64,000 nucleotides of DNA from Bacteroidales bacterium (GTDB taxonomy: Bacteria; Bacteroidota; Bacteroidia; Bacteroidales; DTU049), in NCBI GenBank assembly GCA_012520175.1, contig JAAYOU010000001.1, forward strand, positions 14,544 through 78,543, read 5' to 3'. The first letter of the stretch is position 1; every line of letters starts with the position of its first letter. The translations under genes were made by a program, and so were the position numbers. Under the pieces are notes generated by a model. That model saw nothing but the letters and a program-made list of their open reading frames with translations. It had not been told where the DNA came from and searched no databases. This document shows, piece after piece, positions 1-9,966 of the stretch.

Positions 1-523
1 TATTATAACCTGAAAGGAATGCTGCATCATTAATTTTTGTAGATAGATTATCTTTTTCCTTCACCAATTCTTCAGAATATTTTTGAGCACTCTCCAAATC
101 ACCTTTTATTTTATAATTTTCGTCTGTCAAAAGCTTGTTTACCTTGTATAAACTATCAATTTGCAGCACATATCCTTGAGTAATTTGGCGTAATGCATCT
201 AATTTACGTTTAACACGTCTGTAATCTGCTTGCGAATTAATTAATTGCTCTATTTCCTTCGCCTGAGCTGTAATCATGCTGTCTTTAGCTGTAAGTTGAG
301 AACTTAGGCTACCATATTCGCTTTTAATTCTTGAATGTTCACTCATTAAAGAATCCAACTCATTTTGAAGTTCCGTGTTTATCTGCACAGTTTTTTCCTT
401 TTCAAGAACGACGGCATCGACACTTGATTTGTTTGTGAAAAATAGAATTGCCAATAAAACGATAATTACGGCTTCTACTCCAATAATAATTTTGTAAATT
501 CTGCTTCTAGATTTGTCTTCCAT
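1..523 (-). CDS. Partial CDS (C-terminus outside window): N-terminally membrane-anchored coiled-coil protein, function unknown
   Basis: ATG at 521-523 (minus). Hand translation gives MEDKSRSRIYKIIIGVEAVIIVLLAILFF (a TM helix), then an open, heptad-like charged sequence that runs to the window edge. Absent from the ORF track because it is truncated. Confidence 0.6.
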   Translation of the reverse strand, partial: MEDKSRSRIYKIIIGVEAVIIVLLAILFFTNKSSVDAVVLEKEKTVQINTELQNELDSLMSEHSRIKSEYGSLSSQLTAKDSMITAQAKEIEQLINSQADYRRVKRKLDALRQITQGYVLQIDSLYKVNKLLTDENYKIKGDLESAQKYSEELVKEKDNLSTKINDAAFLSGYN

Positions 524-590
524 TTTGAAAAAATAAATATTAAAATTTCTGCAAATTTACTATTTTTGAATTATAAATAACAATTTTTTT

Positions 591-1280
591 ATGGGAGTTT
601 TTAATTCGCTTCTAAAATTATTCTATCCAGAGCTGTGTAGTGGCTGCGGACAGAGTTTACTGCGTGGCGAAAAAACCATTTGCCTGTCATGTATGTTAAA
701 AATTGCACGCACAGACTATCATACATTTAGCGATAATCCTGTTGCAAAATTATTTTACGGCAAGATTAATATAAAAAACGCGACAACCATGTGTTTTTAT
801 GACAAAGGTGGATTAATGCAACATTTATTGCACCAATTAAAATATAGAAACAATTTTAATGTTGGTCTTTTTCTTGGCAAACAACTTGGCAAATGCCTTT
901 CTGAAGCGGAATTGTATAAAGATATTGACGTAATTATTCCTATTCCGCTGCATAAAAAAAAGCTAAAAAAAAGAGGCTACAATCAAAGTAAAATCATTGC
1001 AGACGGCTTTGTTCAAGCATTTCCTCTTCCAATTTATGAAGATGTTTTAGTGCGAATTGAATTTACGGAAACTCAAACCAAAAAAAACAGATGGGATAGG
1101 TATCAAAATGTTAAAGACATGTTTGCAATTAACAATCCTGAAAAAATAGAAGGCAAGCACGTTTTACTAATAGACGATGTGATAACCACAGGAGCAACAA
1201 TAGAAGCCTGTGCCAAGCATTTACTTTCCGTTGATGGTGTGCAAGTTAGCATTGCAAGTATTGCTTCGCCCGCGAGATAA
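591..1280 (+). CDS. ComF-family phosphoribosyltransferase-domain protein
   Basis: N-terminal CxxC...CxxC zinc-finger-like motif (CSGCG, CLSCM). C-terminal PRTase motif VLLIDDVITTGATIEAC. Confidence 0.85.
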   Translation: MGVFNSLLKLFYPELCSGCGQSLLRGEKTICLSCMLKIARTDYHTFSDNPVAKLFYGKINIKNATTMCFYDKGGLMQHLLHQLKYRNNFNVGLFLGKQLGKCLSEAELYKDIDVIIPIPLHKKKLKKRGYNQSKIIADGFVQAFPLPIYEDVLVRIEFTETQTKKNRWDRYQNVKDMFAINNPEKIEGKHVLLIDDVITTGATIEACAKHLLSVDGVQVSIASIASPAR

Positions 1281-1299
1281 GTAAGAAATCAAATTAGTT

Positions 1300-1574
1300 T
1301 TTAGTGTTGAGTGTTAAGTTGCGGCGGGCGGACGTAACCACCTGTATATCAACAACTTAGGCGGAGCCGCCACACACACAAAGCTGTCACTGCTTATAAA
1401 TATATGATTATCAACGATTTAGGCGGAGCCGCCACACGAAGCTGGTGCTACCGTAACCCTCTATGTATCAATAACTTACACGGGCGACAGACACAAATCA
1501 GACTAACACCTCGCAACCACTTGATTATCAGCGCCTTATACAAAACCGACATACTAAAAACTAAAAACTCAACA
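1300..1574. repeat. Intergenic repeat cluster R1: 4 palindromic units plus heptamer modules
   Basis: Units with TGATTATCA-type cores at 1333-1359, 1405-1413, 1452-1482 and 1522-1530. GC-rich ggcggagccgccacac occurs twice (about 1360 and 1421). gtgttga/gtgttaa heptamers at 1303-1318 and, in reverse complement, at 1555-1575. Confidence 0.85.
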
Positions 1575-3119
1575 CTATTCTTTCACAAATTTAGTTGCTT
1601 TGTCGCCTATACGTACTATATACATGCCGGCGCTAAGTTGTGAAATATCTATGCTACTTTGCTTTTCGATAGCTCGCTCTGAATAAACTACTTTGCCTGA
1701 CAAGTCGCTGATAGTGATTAATTCATTAGCATTTTCAGAAATTACATTTATAAAATTGCTAGCAGGATTTGGATAAACATTCATATCTTTTGCAACTATT
1801 TCGTGGTTTTCTACATCCTCAGTGCTCCATTGGCTATCGAAAAATAGCTTAGTTGAACCATTGTAATATTCAAATGCAAAACAAGCTTTATTATTAGAGG
1901 GGTTAATATCCACCACTGGAGAATAATACCAATCATATCCTGTAGAGGTTGAAGAAACATCGCCTATTTTTAACCAATCGCCACCAGCTAAGTCTTCATA
2001 GTACTGCACACTGTGAACTAATTTATATTCGTCGTTTTCTATTGTGCAGTAAACAAGCAAATAGTTATTTAGGTTTTTATCGTATGATAAGTCAGGGCAT
2101 TCTTCATCTATTGCGCTTGAAGCAGACACAAAGTACCAAGATATATTATCCAACGTGTGATTATCAAGATCATATCCAGCTGTAGGAACAATTTGCACAA
2201 TATCCCAATCTACTCCTTCAGTATAATTAGAGTAAACAATCATAAAGTTGTACAGTTCATCTAGTTCGTTGTTGCATAACCATTGAATTTTTGGTTGCAT
2301 AGTTTTATCAGTAGCAGAAAATTTTTTATTTACCTGCAAAGCATCTGTAGCGTAATCTCCGTCTGCCACAGCTGCTATAAAACCTATATTTTCTTCACTT
2401 TCTTTATCCATTTCAAACACAATACCTGCCATAGGATAATAACTAGATGCTTTAGCTTGCCCAATAGATAAGTCTAGAGCACCAAATTCTGAATTAGCTT
2501 TAGTGTACATTTCTTTTTTAGTAAAAGCAACACCTCCATTCGTAGAATATACATAATCTATATGACCATCGTTGCCAGTATTATAACTTAATGCAAAACC
2601 TATAGTGAATGGTGCCCAAGAGCCTTCTGGCGAGCGTGCATTAGTAGATATGGCTGCGTCTTTGATTATCGTGCCAGTATATTCTTCATTTTTATATACA
2701 ATATTAAAAACACTTGCATCGGCATTAAGTTGATATAAATACACCCCAGCATCTCCTGTTACAGTATTATTCACAGCTCCTAAAAGCCAAATAGAGATGT
2801 TTGATGGCTCGTTGCCTGTTACCACTAAATCAAAACCTCCTTGTTTGTAGTCATCAGATAAATTGAAATTATTGATTTTTTCGAAAGTTTCGCCACCGTC
2901 TGTCGAACAATAGATAACTACACTATCTTGTTCTGTAGGGTGCCCATACTTGTTCATTAGCACATATATCCAGCCATTATCGGCTACGGATATTTTTGGT
3001 TTAGCCCAAAAAGCTCCATCGCATTCGTGCAATAATATATCGTCGGCAAATCTTTGAGACTGTGCGGTCATTACTCCGCAAAACATGATTCCAATTAGGA
3101 ATAAGTAAATTTTCTTCAT
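1575..3119 (-). CDS. Secreted BNR/Asp-box-like protein with T9SS C-terminal sorting domain (paralog 1)
   Basis: Signal peptide MKKIYLFLIGIMFCGVMTAQ. Asp-box-like STDGGETF and STNGGVAF. C-terminal VYPNPASNFINV...LSAGMYIVRI, typical of a T9SS type A CTD. Confidence 0.8.
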   Translation of the reverse strand: MKKIYLFLIGIMFCGVMTAQSQRFADDILLHECDGAFWAKPKISVADNGWIYVLMNKYGHPTEQDSVVIYCSTDGGETFEKINNFNLSDDYKQGGFDLVVTGNEPSNISIWLLGAVNNTVTGDAGVYLYQLNADASVFNIVYKNEEYTGTIIKDAAISTNARSPEGSWAPFTIGFALSYNTGNDGHIDYVYSTNGGVAFTKKEMYTKANSEFGALDLSIGQAKASSYYPMAGIVFEMDKESEENIGFIAAVADGDYATDALQVNKKFSATDKTMQPKIQWLCNNELDELYNFMIVYSNYTEGVDWDIVQIVPTAGYDLDNHTLDNISWYFVSASSAIDEECPDLSYDKNLNNYLLVYCTIENDEYKLVHSVQYYEDLAGGDWLKIGDVSSTSTGYDWYYSPVVDINPSNNKACFAFEYYNGSTKLFFDSQWSTEDVENHEIVAKDMNVYPNPASNFINVISENANELITISDLSGKVVYSERAIEKQSSIDISQLSAGMYIVRIGDKATKFVKE

Positions 3120-3239
3120 AGTTCTGTGTTTTTGTTACCCAATTATTTAATTTATTTTTATATAAGATTTATGCAAAAATATGTAAAAATATGTAAAATG
3201 CAAAAAATTGCGTTTACTAAGAGGTACTTTGTGGTTCTA

Positions 3240-3462
3240 ATTGCGTTTGTTGTGTAACTAACAGCCGCGTAGCAACTACTTAATTATCAACAGTTTACGC
3301 AGACAGACACATAGCATTAGACACTCGTAACCATCTATGTATCAATGACTTACACGGGCGACAGACACAAATCAGGCTAACACCTCGCAACCACTTGATT
3401 ATCAGCACTTTATATAAGGCCGACACACTAAAAACTAAGCATTAAACACTCAAAACTCAAAA
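3240..3462. repeat. Intergenic repeat cluster R2: 3 palindromic units plus heptamer modules
   Basis: Cores at 3282-3290, 3336-3344 and 3397-3405. Positions 3335-3407 are nearly identical to 1461-1533. The tail cactaaaaactaagcattaaacactcaaaactcaaaac is the reverse complement of GTGTTRA-type heptamers. Confidence 0.85.
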
Positions 3463-5010
3463 CTATTCTTTCACAAACTTAGTTGCTTTGTCGCCTATAC
3501 GCACTATATACATGCCGGCGCTAAGTTGTGAAATATTTATGACACTTTGCTTTTCGCTAGCTTGCTCTGAATAAACTACTTTACCAGACAAGTCGCTGAT
3601 AGTGATTAATTCATTAGCATTTTCAGAAATTACATTTATAAAATTGCTAGCAGGATTTGGATAAACACTCATATCTTTTGCAACTATTTCATGGTTTTCT
3701 ATACCCACGCTCCATTCAGAATCGAAAAACATTTTAGCAACACCTTCTGAAGAGTTGTAATATTCAAATGCAAAGCAAGCCTGTGTTCGGGTTGGATCAA
3801 TATCAACTACGGGAGAAAAATACGACTCCCAATTTGTAGATACAATAGAAACATCATCTACATAATCCCAATTCCAAGACGTTATTTCAGTATAATATCT
3901 CACATAATATTTCAAAACACTTTTATTATCATCTGATTGGCGGCAAACAAGCAGATAGTTGTTATAGTTTTTGTCAAATGATAAATCGGCATAATCTTCA
4001 TTAGTATTATGGTAAGCTACGGCATAACCAGACTCTAAATTATTCAACGTGTGATTACTAAGATCATACGCAGCTGTAGGAACAATTTGCACAATATCCC
4101 AATCTACTCCTTCAGTATAATTAGAGTAAACTATAATAAAGTTGTACAGTTCATCTAGTTCGTTGTTGCATAACCATTGAATTTTTGGTTGCATAGTTTT
4201 ATCAGTAGCAGAAAATTTTTTATTCACCTGCAAAGCATCTGTAGCGAAATTTCCGTCTGCCACAGCTGCTATAAAACCTATATTTTCTTCACTTTCTTTA
4301 TCCATTTCAAACACAATGCCTGCTTTTGGATAATAATCAGCTGCTGTAGCTTGTCCAATAGATAGGTCTATAGCGCCAAATTCTGAATTAGCTTTAGTGT
4401 ACATTCCTTTTTTAGTAAAAGTTGCACCGCCATCGGTAGAATATACATAATCTATATGACCATCGCTACCAGTATTATAACTTAAAGCAAAACCTATAGC
4501 AAATGGTGCCCAACCACTTTCTGGCGAGCGTGCATTAGTAGATATGGCTACGTCTTTGGCTGTTGTGCCGGGATATACATTTTGATATACCTCGCTATTA
4601 CTACTTGCATATGCATCAAATTTCAATAAAGCAAGTACAGCTTCTCCTGTTACTTCGTCATTACAAGCGTATGCAAGCCAAAGAATAATGTTTGATGGAT
4701 CGTTGCCGGTTACTACTAAATCAAGTCCGGCTTGTCTTTTATCTAAAATAAAATTTGAATTAAAGATTTTTTCAAAACTTACGCCACCATCTTTAGAACA
4801 ATAAATAGTTATGCTATCTTTTACCGTGAGGTCGCCATACTGATTCTTTAGCACATATATCCAGCCGTTATCGGCTACAGATATTTTTGGTTTAGCCCAA
4901 AAAACTCCATCGCATTCGTGCAGCAATATATCGTCGGCAAATCTTTGAGACTGTGCGGTCATTACTCCGCAAAACATGATTCCAATTAGGAATAAGTAAA
5001 TTTTCTTCAT
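3463..5010 (-). CDS. Secreted BNR/Asp-box-like protein with T9SS C-terminal sorting domain (paralog 2)
   Basis: Its signal peptide, central block and CTD are identical or near-identical to those of 1575..3119. Two internal blocks are diverged. Confidence 0.8.
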   Translation of the reverse strand: MKKIYLFLIGIMFCGVMTAQSQRFADDILLHECDGVFWAKPKISVADNGWIYVLKNQYGDLTVKDSITIYCSKDGGVSFEKIFNSNFILDKRQAGLDLVVTGNDPSNIILWLAYACNDEVTGEAVLALLKFDAYASSNSEVYQNVYPGTTAKDVAISTNARSPESGWAPFAIGFALSYNTGSDGHIDYVYSTDGGATFTKKGMYTKANSEFGAIDLSIGQATAADYYPKAGIVFEMDKESEENIGFIAAVADGNFATDALQVNKKFSATDKTMQPKIQWLCNNELDELYNFIIVYSNYTEGVDWDIVQIVPTAAYDLSNHTLNNLESGYAVAYHNTNEDYADLSFDKNYNNYLLVCRQSDDNKSVLKYYVRYYTEITSWNWDYVDDVSIVSTNWESYFSPVVDIDPTRTQACFAFEYYNSSEGVAKMFFDSEWSVGIENHEIVAKDMSVYPNPASNFINVISENANELITISDLSGKVVYSEQASEKQSVINISQLSAGMYIVRIGDKATKFVKE

Positions 5011-5149
5011 GACTATACTTTATTTTGTTGACATTTAAGTTTTGACAAAAATAAGAAAAAATTTTAAATAAAAATATATAAACACTTTTTAGGGGCTAAC
5101 TATGCTTGCTATATATCCTCCCACCACGTGCATAAACATGATTTTTAAA

Positions 5150-5300
5150 TTATGCATTATTGATGATTTACACCCCTCCACACACAACTCGCTGATTATC
5201 AACAATTTAAGCGAAATAACTACAACACAATCCCATGATTACCAATAACTTACAGCAGGCGACACGACATACGTAAACGAACACCATCTCAACAAATTAC
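5150..5300. repeat. Intergenic repeat cluster R3: 2 palindromic units
   Basis: ctgattatcaacaattta (core 5193-5201) and catgattaccaataactta (core 5236-5244), with GC-rich flanks (ccctccacacac, caggcgacacgac). Confidence 0.7.
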
Positions 5301-5345
5301 AATGCCATTTTCAAACAAAAAAAGCTGCAAAGAACAGCCTAAGTG

Positions 5346-5418
5346 TCTCCTCGGGGGGATTCGAACCCCCGACCCGTTGATTAAGAGTCAACTGCTCTAC
5401 CGACTGAGCTACAAAGAG
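5346..5418 (-). tRNA. tRNA-Lys (anticodon CTT)
   Basis: Hand-folded cloverleaf. Acceptor ctctttg/cgaggag (two G-U pairs), D arm gctc-agtcggta-gagc, anticodon arm gttga-ctCTTaa-tcaac, T arm ggggg-ttcgaat-ccccc. Confidence 0.9.
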
Positions 5419-5454
5419 ATTTTTTAAAATGCAAAATTATAAAAAAAGATTTAA

Positions 5455-6063
5455 TTAATCACAATTACAACCTTGCGAAAAATAAATTTTAGTTTCTGGT
5501 AAAAACGATTCTATTATTTTTTGTTTTTCAACAGACATAAAAATAACTCGCATGTCTAAGTGTTTTAATGTATTGCTTATTTTTCCTATTTCTCTAGGCA
5601 ACATATCTACCAAATTTCCCCACAAGTCCAAGACTTCAAGATTATTCAAATTTCCAATTTGCGGTGGAATCTCTACAATTTCATTTTGGTTTAAAACAAG
5701 TGTTTGCAACTCAGTGCAGTCGCCAATTTCAGCAGGCAACCTAGTAATTTTATTCCTTGATAAATTTAAAAATCTTAATTTTTTAAGCGCTCCAATAGAA
5801 GGCGGAATTTCCTCAATTTTATTACGTTTTAAGTCAAGATATATCAAGTTTTCACACTGAAAAATAACATCAGGAAAAGATTTTAATTTACTTTTTGACA
5901 AATCTATATACTTGACACTATCAGGATTTTGAGCAATTAAATTTATATCTGTATAAACAACTTTATTGGAAATATCCATAAAATATTCCTTAGGCAAATT
6001 CTGTGCAAATGCCGATATTGTCAGCAAATTCAAAAAGAAAATATTTATTATTTTTTTCAGCAT
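5455..6063 (-). CDS. Secreted leucine-rich-repeat (LRR) protein
   Basis: Signal peptide, then about 6 tandem 23-aa LRRs of the form LxxLxLxxNxIxxIPxxIG (for example NLIYLDLKRNKIEEIPPSIGALKKLRFLNLSRNKITRLP). Confidence 0.85.
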   Translation of the reverse strand: MLKKIINIFFLNLLTISAFAQNLPKEYFMDISNKVVYTDINLIAQNPDSVKYIDLSKSKLKSFPDVIFQCENLIYLDLKRNKIEEIPPSIGALKKLRFLNLSRNKITRLPAEIGDCTELQTLVLNQNEIVEIPPQIGNLNNLEVLDLWGNLVDMLPREIGKISNTLKHLDMRVIFMSVEKQKIIESFLPETKIYFSQGCNCD

Positions 6064-6998
6064 GTTCTCCCAAAATATTTAAACGCACTATCTCTGTCTT
6101 TCCGAATCTGCATCACCAATTCCTCTGATGATGAGAATTTTTTTTCACTTCTTAAAAACAACAATAATTCTATTTTTAACTGCTCACCATAAATATTTTC
6201 ATTAAAATCAAACAAATGAACTTCTACTTGCATTTTTTGCCCATTAAAAGTGGGTCTAGTTCCAATGTTCAGCAATCCTTGAAATACTTTTGATTTATAA
6301 AAAACATTTACGATATACACTCCCGATACGGGTATTAATTTTTCCTTGCATGAAAGCTCAATATTTGCTGTTGGAAAGCCAAGTTTATTGCCTAAATTAT
6401 AACCTTTTGAAACAGAGCCTGACAAAAAATATTTGTATCCAAGCATCTCGTTTGCAAAGGCAATATCGCCCGACAACAAAGATTTTCTAATTTTTGTAGA
6501 ACTTATATCAAAGCCAGAATTACAAACAGCCGCTATTTGAAAAAGATTAAAAGAAAATTTATTACTTAAATTATTCAACAAATCAAAATTACCAACTCTA
6601 CCTTTTCCAAAAAAATGGTCATGTCCGATAACTAAATTTTTCAATTTTAATTTTTCAACTAAAAAATCCTCCACAAATTGCTCTGCAGAAAGCGAAGAAA
6701 AATCAGTTGTAAAATTTTGTACAAACAAAAAATCTATCCCATATTCGCTGATTAGCTCAGCTTTTTCGTTTATATCGGTAAGAATTTTCACATCTTCTTT
6801 TCCTGAGCTAACAATATTCCTAGGATGAGAGCCAAATGTAAACACTATAGAATGTAGATTGTTTTTTTCAGAGACAAATTTCAAATATTTCAAAATTTCG
6901 CCATGTCCCCGATGAACGCCATCAAATGTTCCTACCGTAACACATGTGCCCCCTTTAATCTTTTCGGACAACTCATTTATATTTTCAACAATCTGCAT
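6057..6998 (-). CDS. ribF: Bifunctional riboflavin kinase / FMN adenylyltransferase
   Basis: GTFDGVHRGH nucleotidyltransferase motif. C-terminal riboflavin kinase region (GFPTANI, PVSGVY, IGTRPTF, EVHLFDF). The track start at 7019 is a TTG; I prefer the ATG at 6996-6998 (MQIVENI...). Confidence 0.9.
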   Translation of the reverse strand: MQIVENINELSEKIKGGTCVTVGTFDGVHRGHGEILKYLKFVSEKNNLHSIVFTFGSHPRNIVSSGKEDVKILTDINEKAELISEYGIDFLFVQNFTTDFSSLSAEQFVEDFLVEKLKLKNLVIGHDHFFGKGRVGNFDLLNNLSNKFSFNLFQIAAVCNSGFDISSTKIRKSLLSGDIAFANEMLGYKYFLSGSVSKGYNLGNKLGFPTANIELSCKEKLIPVSGVYIVNVFYKSKVFQGLLNIGTRPTFNGQKMQVEVHLFDFNENIYGEQLKIELLLFLRSEKKFSSSEELVMQIRKDRDSAFKYFGRTC

Positions 6999-7207
6999 AA
7001 TTTTCTTAACCACCTGCAAAGATATAAAATATTGGAAAGGAGGATTTTGATGGTTTTAAAAATTATATTTTTTATAAAATCGCACAAACTAGTATTTATC
7101 GGCAACACAACAGCTTTTCTCATAATTAAATTAAAAATTTTGCAAAAAAAACTAAACATTTTTTTGAATTTTTCGTTAATTCATAGTAATTTTGTGAAAA
7201 ATCTGCT

Positions 7208-9598
7208 ATGAAAAAAACAATATTGTTCATATCAACATTAATAGGAATTCCGTTTGCTGCACTAGCTGGCGAAGCTAACTTAGTAATTCCTGATGGAATG
7301 TCAAATTCCACAATTTTATATTGGGGCTTTCTAATCACATTAGCAGGAATGCTATTTGGATTATATCAATTTGTCAAAGTAAAAAAATTGAAGGCACACC
7401 GCTCCATGCTAGATGTTGCGCATGTAATATTTGAAACTAGCAAAACATACTTATTAAAACAGGGGAAATTTTTAATATTATTATTTATTTTTATTGGTGC
7501 TGCTGTTGCTTTTTACTTTGGCTTTCTATCGGAAGGATTTGGCTTTAGTGGCGTAATGATGATATTAGGCTGGACAATTGTTGGGATTTTAGGCTCATAC
7601 GCTGTAGCATGGTTTGGAATCCGCATGAATACTCTAGCTAACTCTCGTATGGCTTTTGCGTCATTAGAACGAAAACCAATAAAGCTTTTAAATATTCCAT
7701 TAAATGCAGGAATGAGTATTGGAGTTATGCTAATTAGCCTTGAACTCACAATAATGCTTATAATCCTAATGTTTGTACCCGGACAATATGCTGGTGCAAG
7801 TTTTATAGGCTTTGCAATTGGAGAATCTCTTGGAGCTTCAGCACTTAGAATTGCTGGTGGTATATTTACAAAAATTGCAGACATTGGCTCTGACCTTATG
7901 AAAGTAATTTTTAAAATTGGAGAAGATGACCCAAGAAATCCTGGCACCATAGCTGATTGTGTTGGCGATAATGCTGGCGACAGCGTAGGACCCACCGCTG
8001 ACGGATTTGAAACTTACGGAGTAACTGGTGTTGCACTTGTTTCATTCATTCTACTTGCAATCTCAAATGTTGATTATCAACTGCAATTATTAACATGGAT
8101 TTTTGTAATGCGTATTCTAATGATTGTTACGTCTATCCTATCTTTTGGAATTAACAATGTAATTAGCAAAGCAAAATATCAAAAAGCAGACGACCTCGAC
8201 TTTGAAAAACCACTTACAAGCTTAGTTTGGCTAACATCAATTCTTTCAATTATTGTAACGTTTATTGTTAGCTACATGGTAATTGGCGATTTACCTAATA
8301 ATTTATGGATTACATTAAGTGTTATCATTTCTGCAGGTACTTTAGGAGCCGCGTTAATTCCTGAGTTTACAAAAATTTTTACAAGTCCCAAATCAGCTCA
8401 TGTTAAAGAGGTAGTTGAATCATCTAGTAGAGGAGGAGCTTCTTTAAACATCTTATCAGGACTCGTTTCTGGAAACTTTAGTGCTTTTTGGCAAGGATTA
8501 GTTTTTGTAGCACTTATGGCTATAGCTTATTTTGCAAGTGGCTATGGATTAGAAGAAATAATGGTTTACCCTTCAATTTTCGCATTTGGTCTTGTTGCTT
8601 TTGGAATGCTTGGCATGGGACCTGTTACTATTGCCGTTGACAGCTACGGACCTGTTACTGACAATGCTCAATCAATATATGAACTTTCTCTTATTGAAGA
8701 AATTCCGAACATTAAAGAAGAAGTTGAAAAAGATTTTGGTTTTAAGCCTGATTTTGAGAAATCAAAATACTACTTAGAAGCAAATGATGGAGCTGGAAAC
8801 ACATTTAAAGCAACAGCAAAGCCTGTGTTAATAGGCACAGCCGTTGTTGGAGCTACCACAATGATTTTCTCTCTGATATTAGTTATTAAAGAAGCTTTAG
8901 GTGTAGATCCTGAAACAATTCTAAGCATTTTAAATCCTTATTCTATTCTTGGATTTATATTGGGTGGAGCTGTTATATACTGGTTCTCTGGCGCTTCTAT
9001 TCAGGCTGTAACAACTGGTGCCGGACGTGCTGTTGATTACATAAAGAAAAACATAAACCTCGACCCGAATGCTGAGAAAAAAGCAAGTCCTGAAAAATCA
9101 AAGCAAGTTGTGTCTATATGCACCAGCTTTGCACAAAAAGGAATGTTTAATATTTTTATCGTTATTTTCTTTTTCGCATTAGGTATTGCGTTTTTATCAG
9201 CTCCTGGCAGCAATGGATATAATGCTCCCGTTTCTATGTTTGTTAGCTACTTAATTTCTATTGCACTATTTGGATTATTTCAAGCTATATTTATGGCTAA
9301 CGCAGGTGGAGCTTGGGATAATGCTAAAAAAGTTATTGAAGTTGATATGAAAGAAAAAGGAACCGAACTACATGCTGCCTCCGTTGTAGGCGACACTGTA
9401 GGCGATCCATTCAAAGATACATCTTCCGTTTCTTTAAATCCTATTATTAAGTTTACTACATTATTTGGACTTCTAGCAATGGAAATTGCAATAAGCGACT
9501 CATTTATCAGTATATCTAAATATATTGGTGCTATTTGTATTGTTATTGCACTAATATTTGTTTACCGCTCATTCTTTTCTATGAGATTAAATAAATAA
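7208..9598 (+). CDS. hppA: Membrane-bound proton/sodium-translocating pyrophosphatase
   Basis: Polytopic 796-aa protein with the signature motifs DCVGDNAGDSVGPTADGFETY, GGAWDNAKK and VGDTVGDPFKDT. Confidence 0.93.
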   Translation: MKKTILFISTLIGIPFAALAGEANLVIPDGMSNSTILYWGFLITLAGMLFGLYQFVKVKKLKAHRSMLDVAHVIFETSKTYLLKQGKFLILLFIFIGAAVAFYFGFLSEGFGFSGVMMILGWTIVGILGSYAVAWFGIRMNTLANSRMAFASLERKPIKLLNIPLNAGMSIGVMLISLELTIMLIILMFVPGQYAGASFIGFAIGESLGASALRIAGGIFTKIADIGSDLMKVIFKIGEDDPRNPGTIADCVGDNAGDSVGPTADGFETYGVTGVALVSFILLAISNVDYQLQLLTWIFVMRILMIVTSILSFGINNVISKAKYQKADDLDFEKPLTSLVWLTSILSIIVTFIVSYMVIGDLPNNLWITLSVIISAGTLGAALIPEFTKIFTSPKSAHVKEVVESSSRGGASLNILSGLVSGNFSAFWQGLVFVALMAIAYFASGYGLEEIMVYPSIFAFGLVAFGMLGMGPVTIAVDSYGPVTDNAQSIYELSLIEEIPNIKEEVEKDFGFKPDFEKSKYYLEANDGAGNTFKATAKPVLIGTAVVGATTMIFSLILVIKEALGVDPETILSILNPYSILGFILGGAVIYWFSGASIQAVTTGAGRAVDYIKKNINLDPNAEKKASPEKSKQVVSICTSFAQKGMFNIFIVIFFFALGIAFLSAPGSNGYNAPVSMFVSYLISIALFGLFQAIFMANAGGAWDNAKKVIEVDMKEKGTELHAASVVGDTVGDPFKDTSSVSLNPIIKFTTLFGLLAMEIAISDSFISISKYIGAICIVIALIFVYRSFFSMRLNK

Positions 9599-9626
9599 TA
9601 ATTGAACTTTTGTGTTTCATTTTTGC

Positions 9627-9665
9627 TCAAGGTTGGGTCTTTACATATCCAACCTTGATTTTTTA
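9627..9665. terminator. Intrinsic terminator hairpin between hppA (+) and the small minus-strand ORF
   Basis: Perfect 10-bp stem tcaaggttgg (9627-9636) / ccaaccttga (9649-9658), followed by a T-run at 9659-9664. Confidence 0.75.
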
Positions 9666-9674
9666 CAGAAAAAA

Positions 9675-9917
9675 CTAATTGTCGTTTATTTCTTCAAAAT
9701 CAATGTATTCGGCACTACTGTAATTGCGTTTTTTTGTTTTTCTAGTTGCCGATTTTTCGTATGTAGTCTTATTATTCTCGTGTTTTTCGCGATTATCATT
9801 CATAAAATTATCCATGCGCTTTATATGCCTTTTAATTATCCACGGAAAAATCCAACGCATGAAAATTTGCGAAAACAAATACAATCCAACGAAAAATAAA
9901 AATATATAGAATAACAT
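9675..9917 (-). CDS. Small N-terminally anchored membrane protein (DUF4834-like)
   Basis: An 80-aa protein with one TM helix, a basic and low-complexity middle, and an acidic YIDFEEI tail. The family assignment is from memory only. Confidence 0.5.
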   Translation of the reverse strand: MLFYIFLFFVGLYLFSQIFMRWIFPWIIKRHIKRMDNFMNDNREKHENNKTTYEKSATRKTKKRNYSSAEYIDFEEINDN

Positions 9918-9966
9918 TATGCAAAATTACAATTTATAAATAACTCAAACACAAAAACTTTAAGAT

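Noticed and set aside
1404-1643. 79-aa ORF in the comF / T9SS intergenic region, and similar ORFs at 46416-46598 and 46599-46898
   Set aside because: They run through repeat or palindrome DNA. They have odd composition or TTG starts (46416). They overlap real genes or the structured element. They are most likely chance ORFs.
7513-7995. 160-aa antisense ORF inside hppA, and many other 60-140-aa ORFs antisense to long genes (for example 13394-13810, 15997-16431, 28770-29156, 34989-35327, 42734-43039, 56969-57307)
   Set aside because: Each lies fully inside a well-supported conserved gene on the opposite strand. Their composition is low-complexity or mirror-image. They are typical shadow ORFs.
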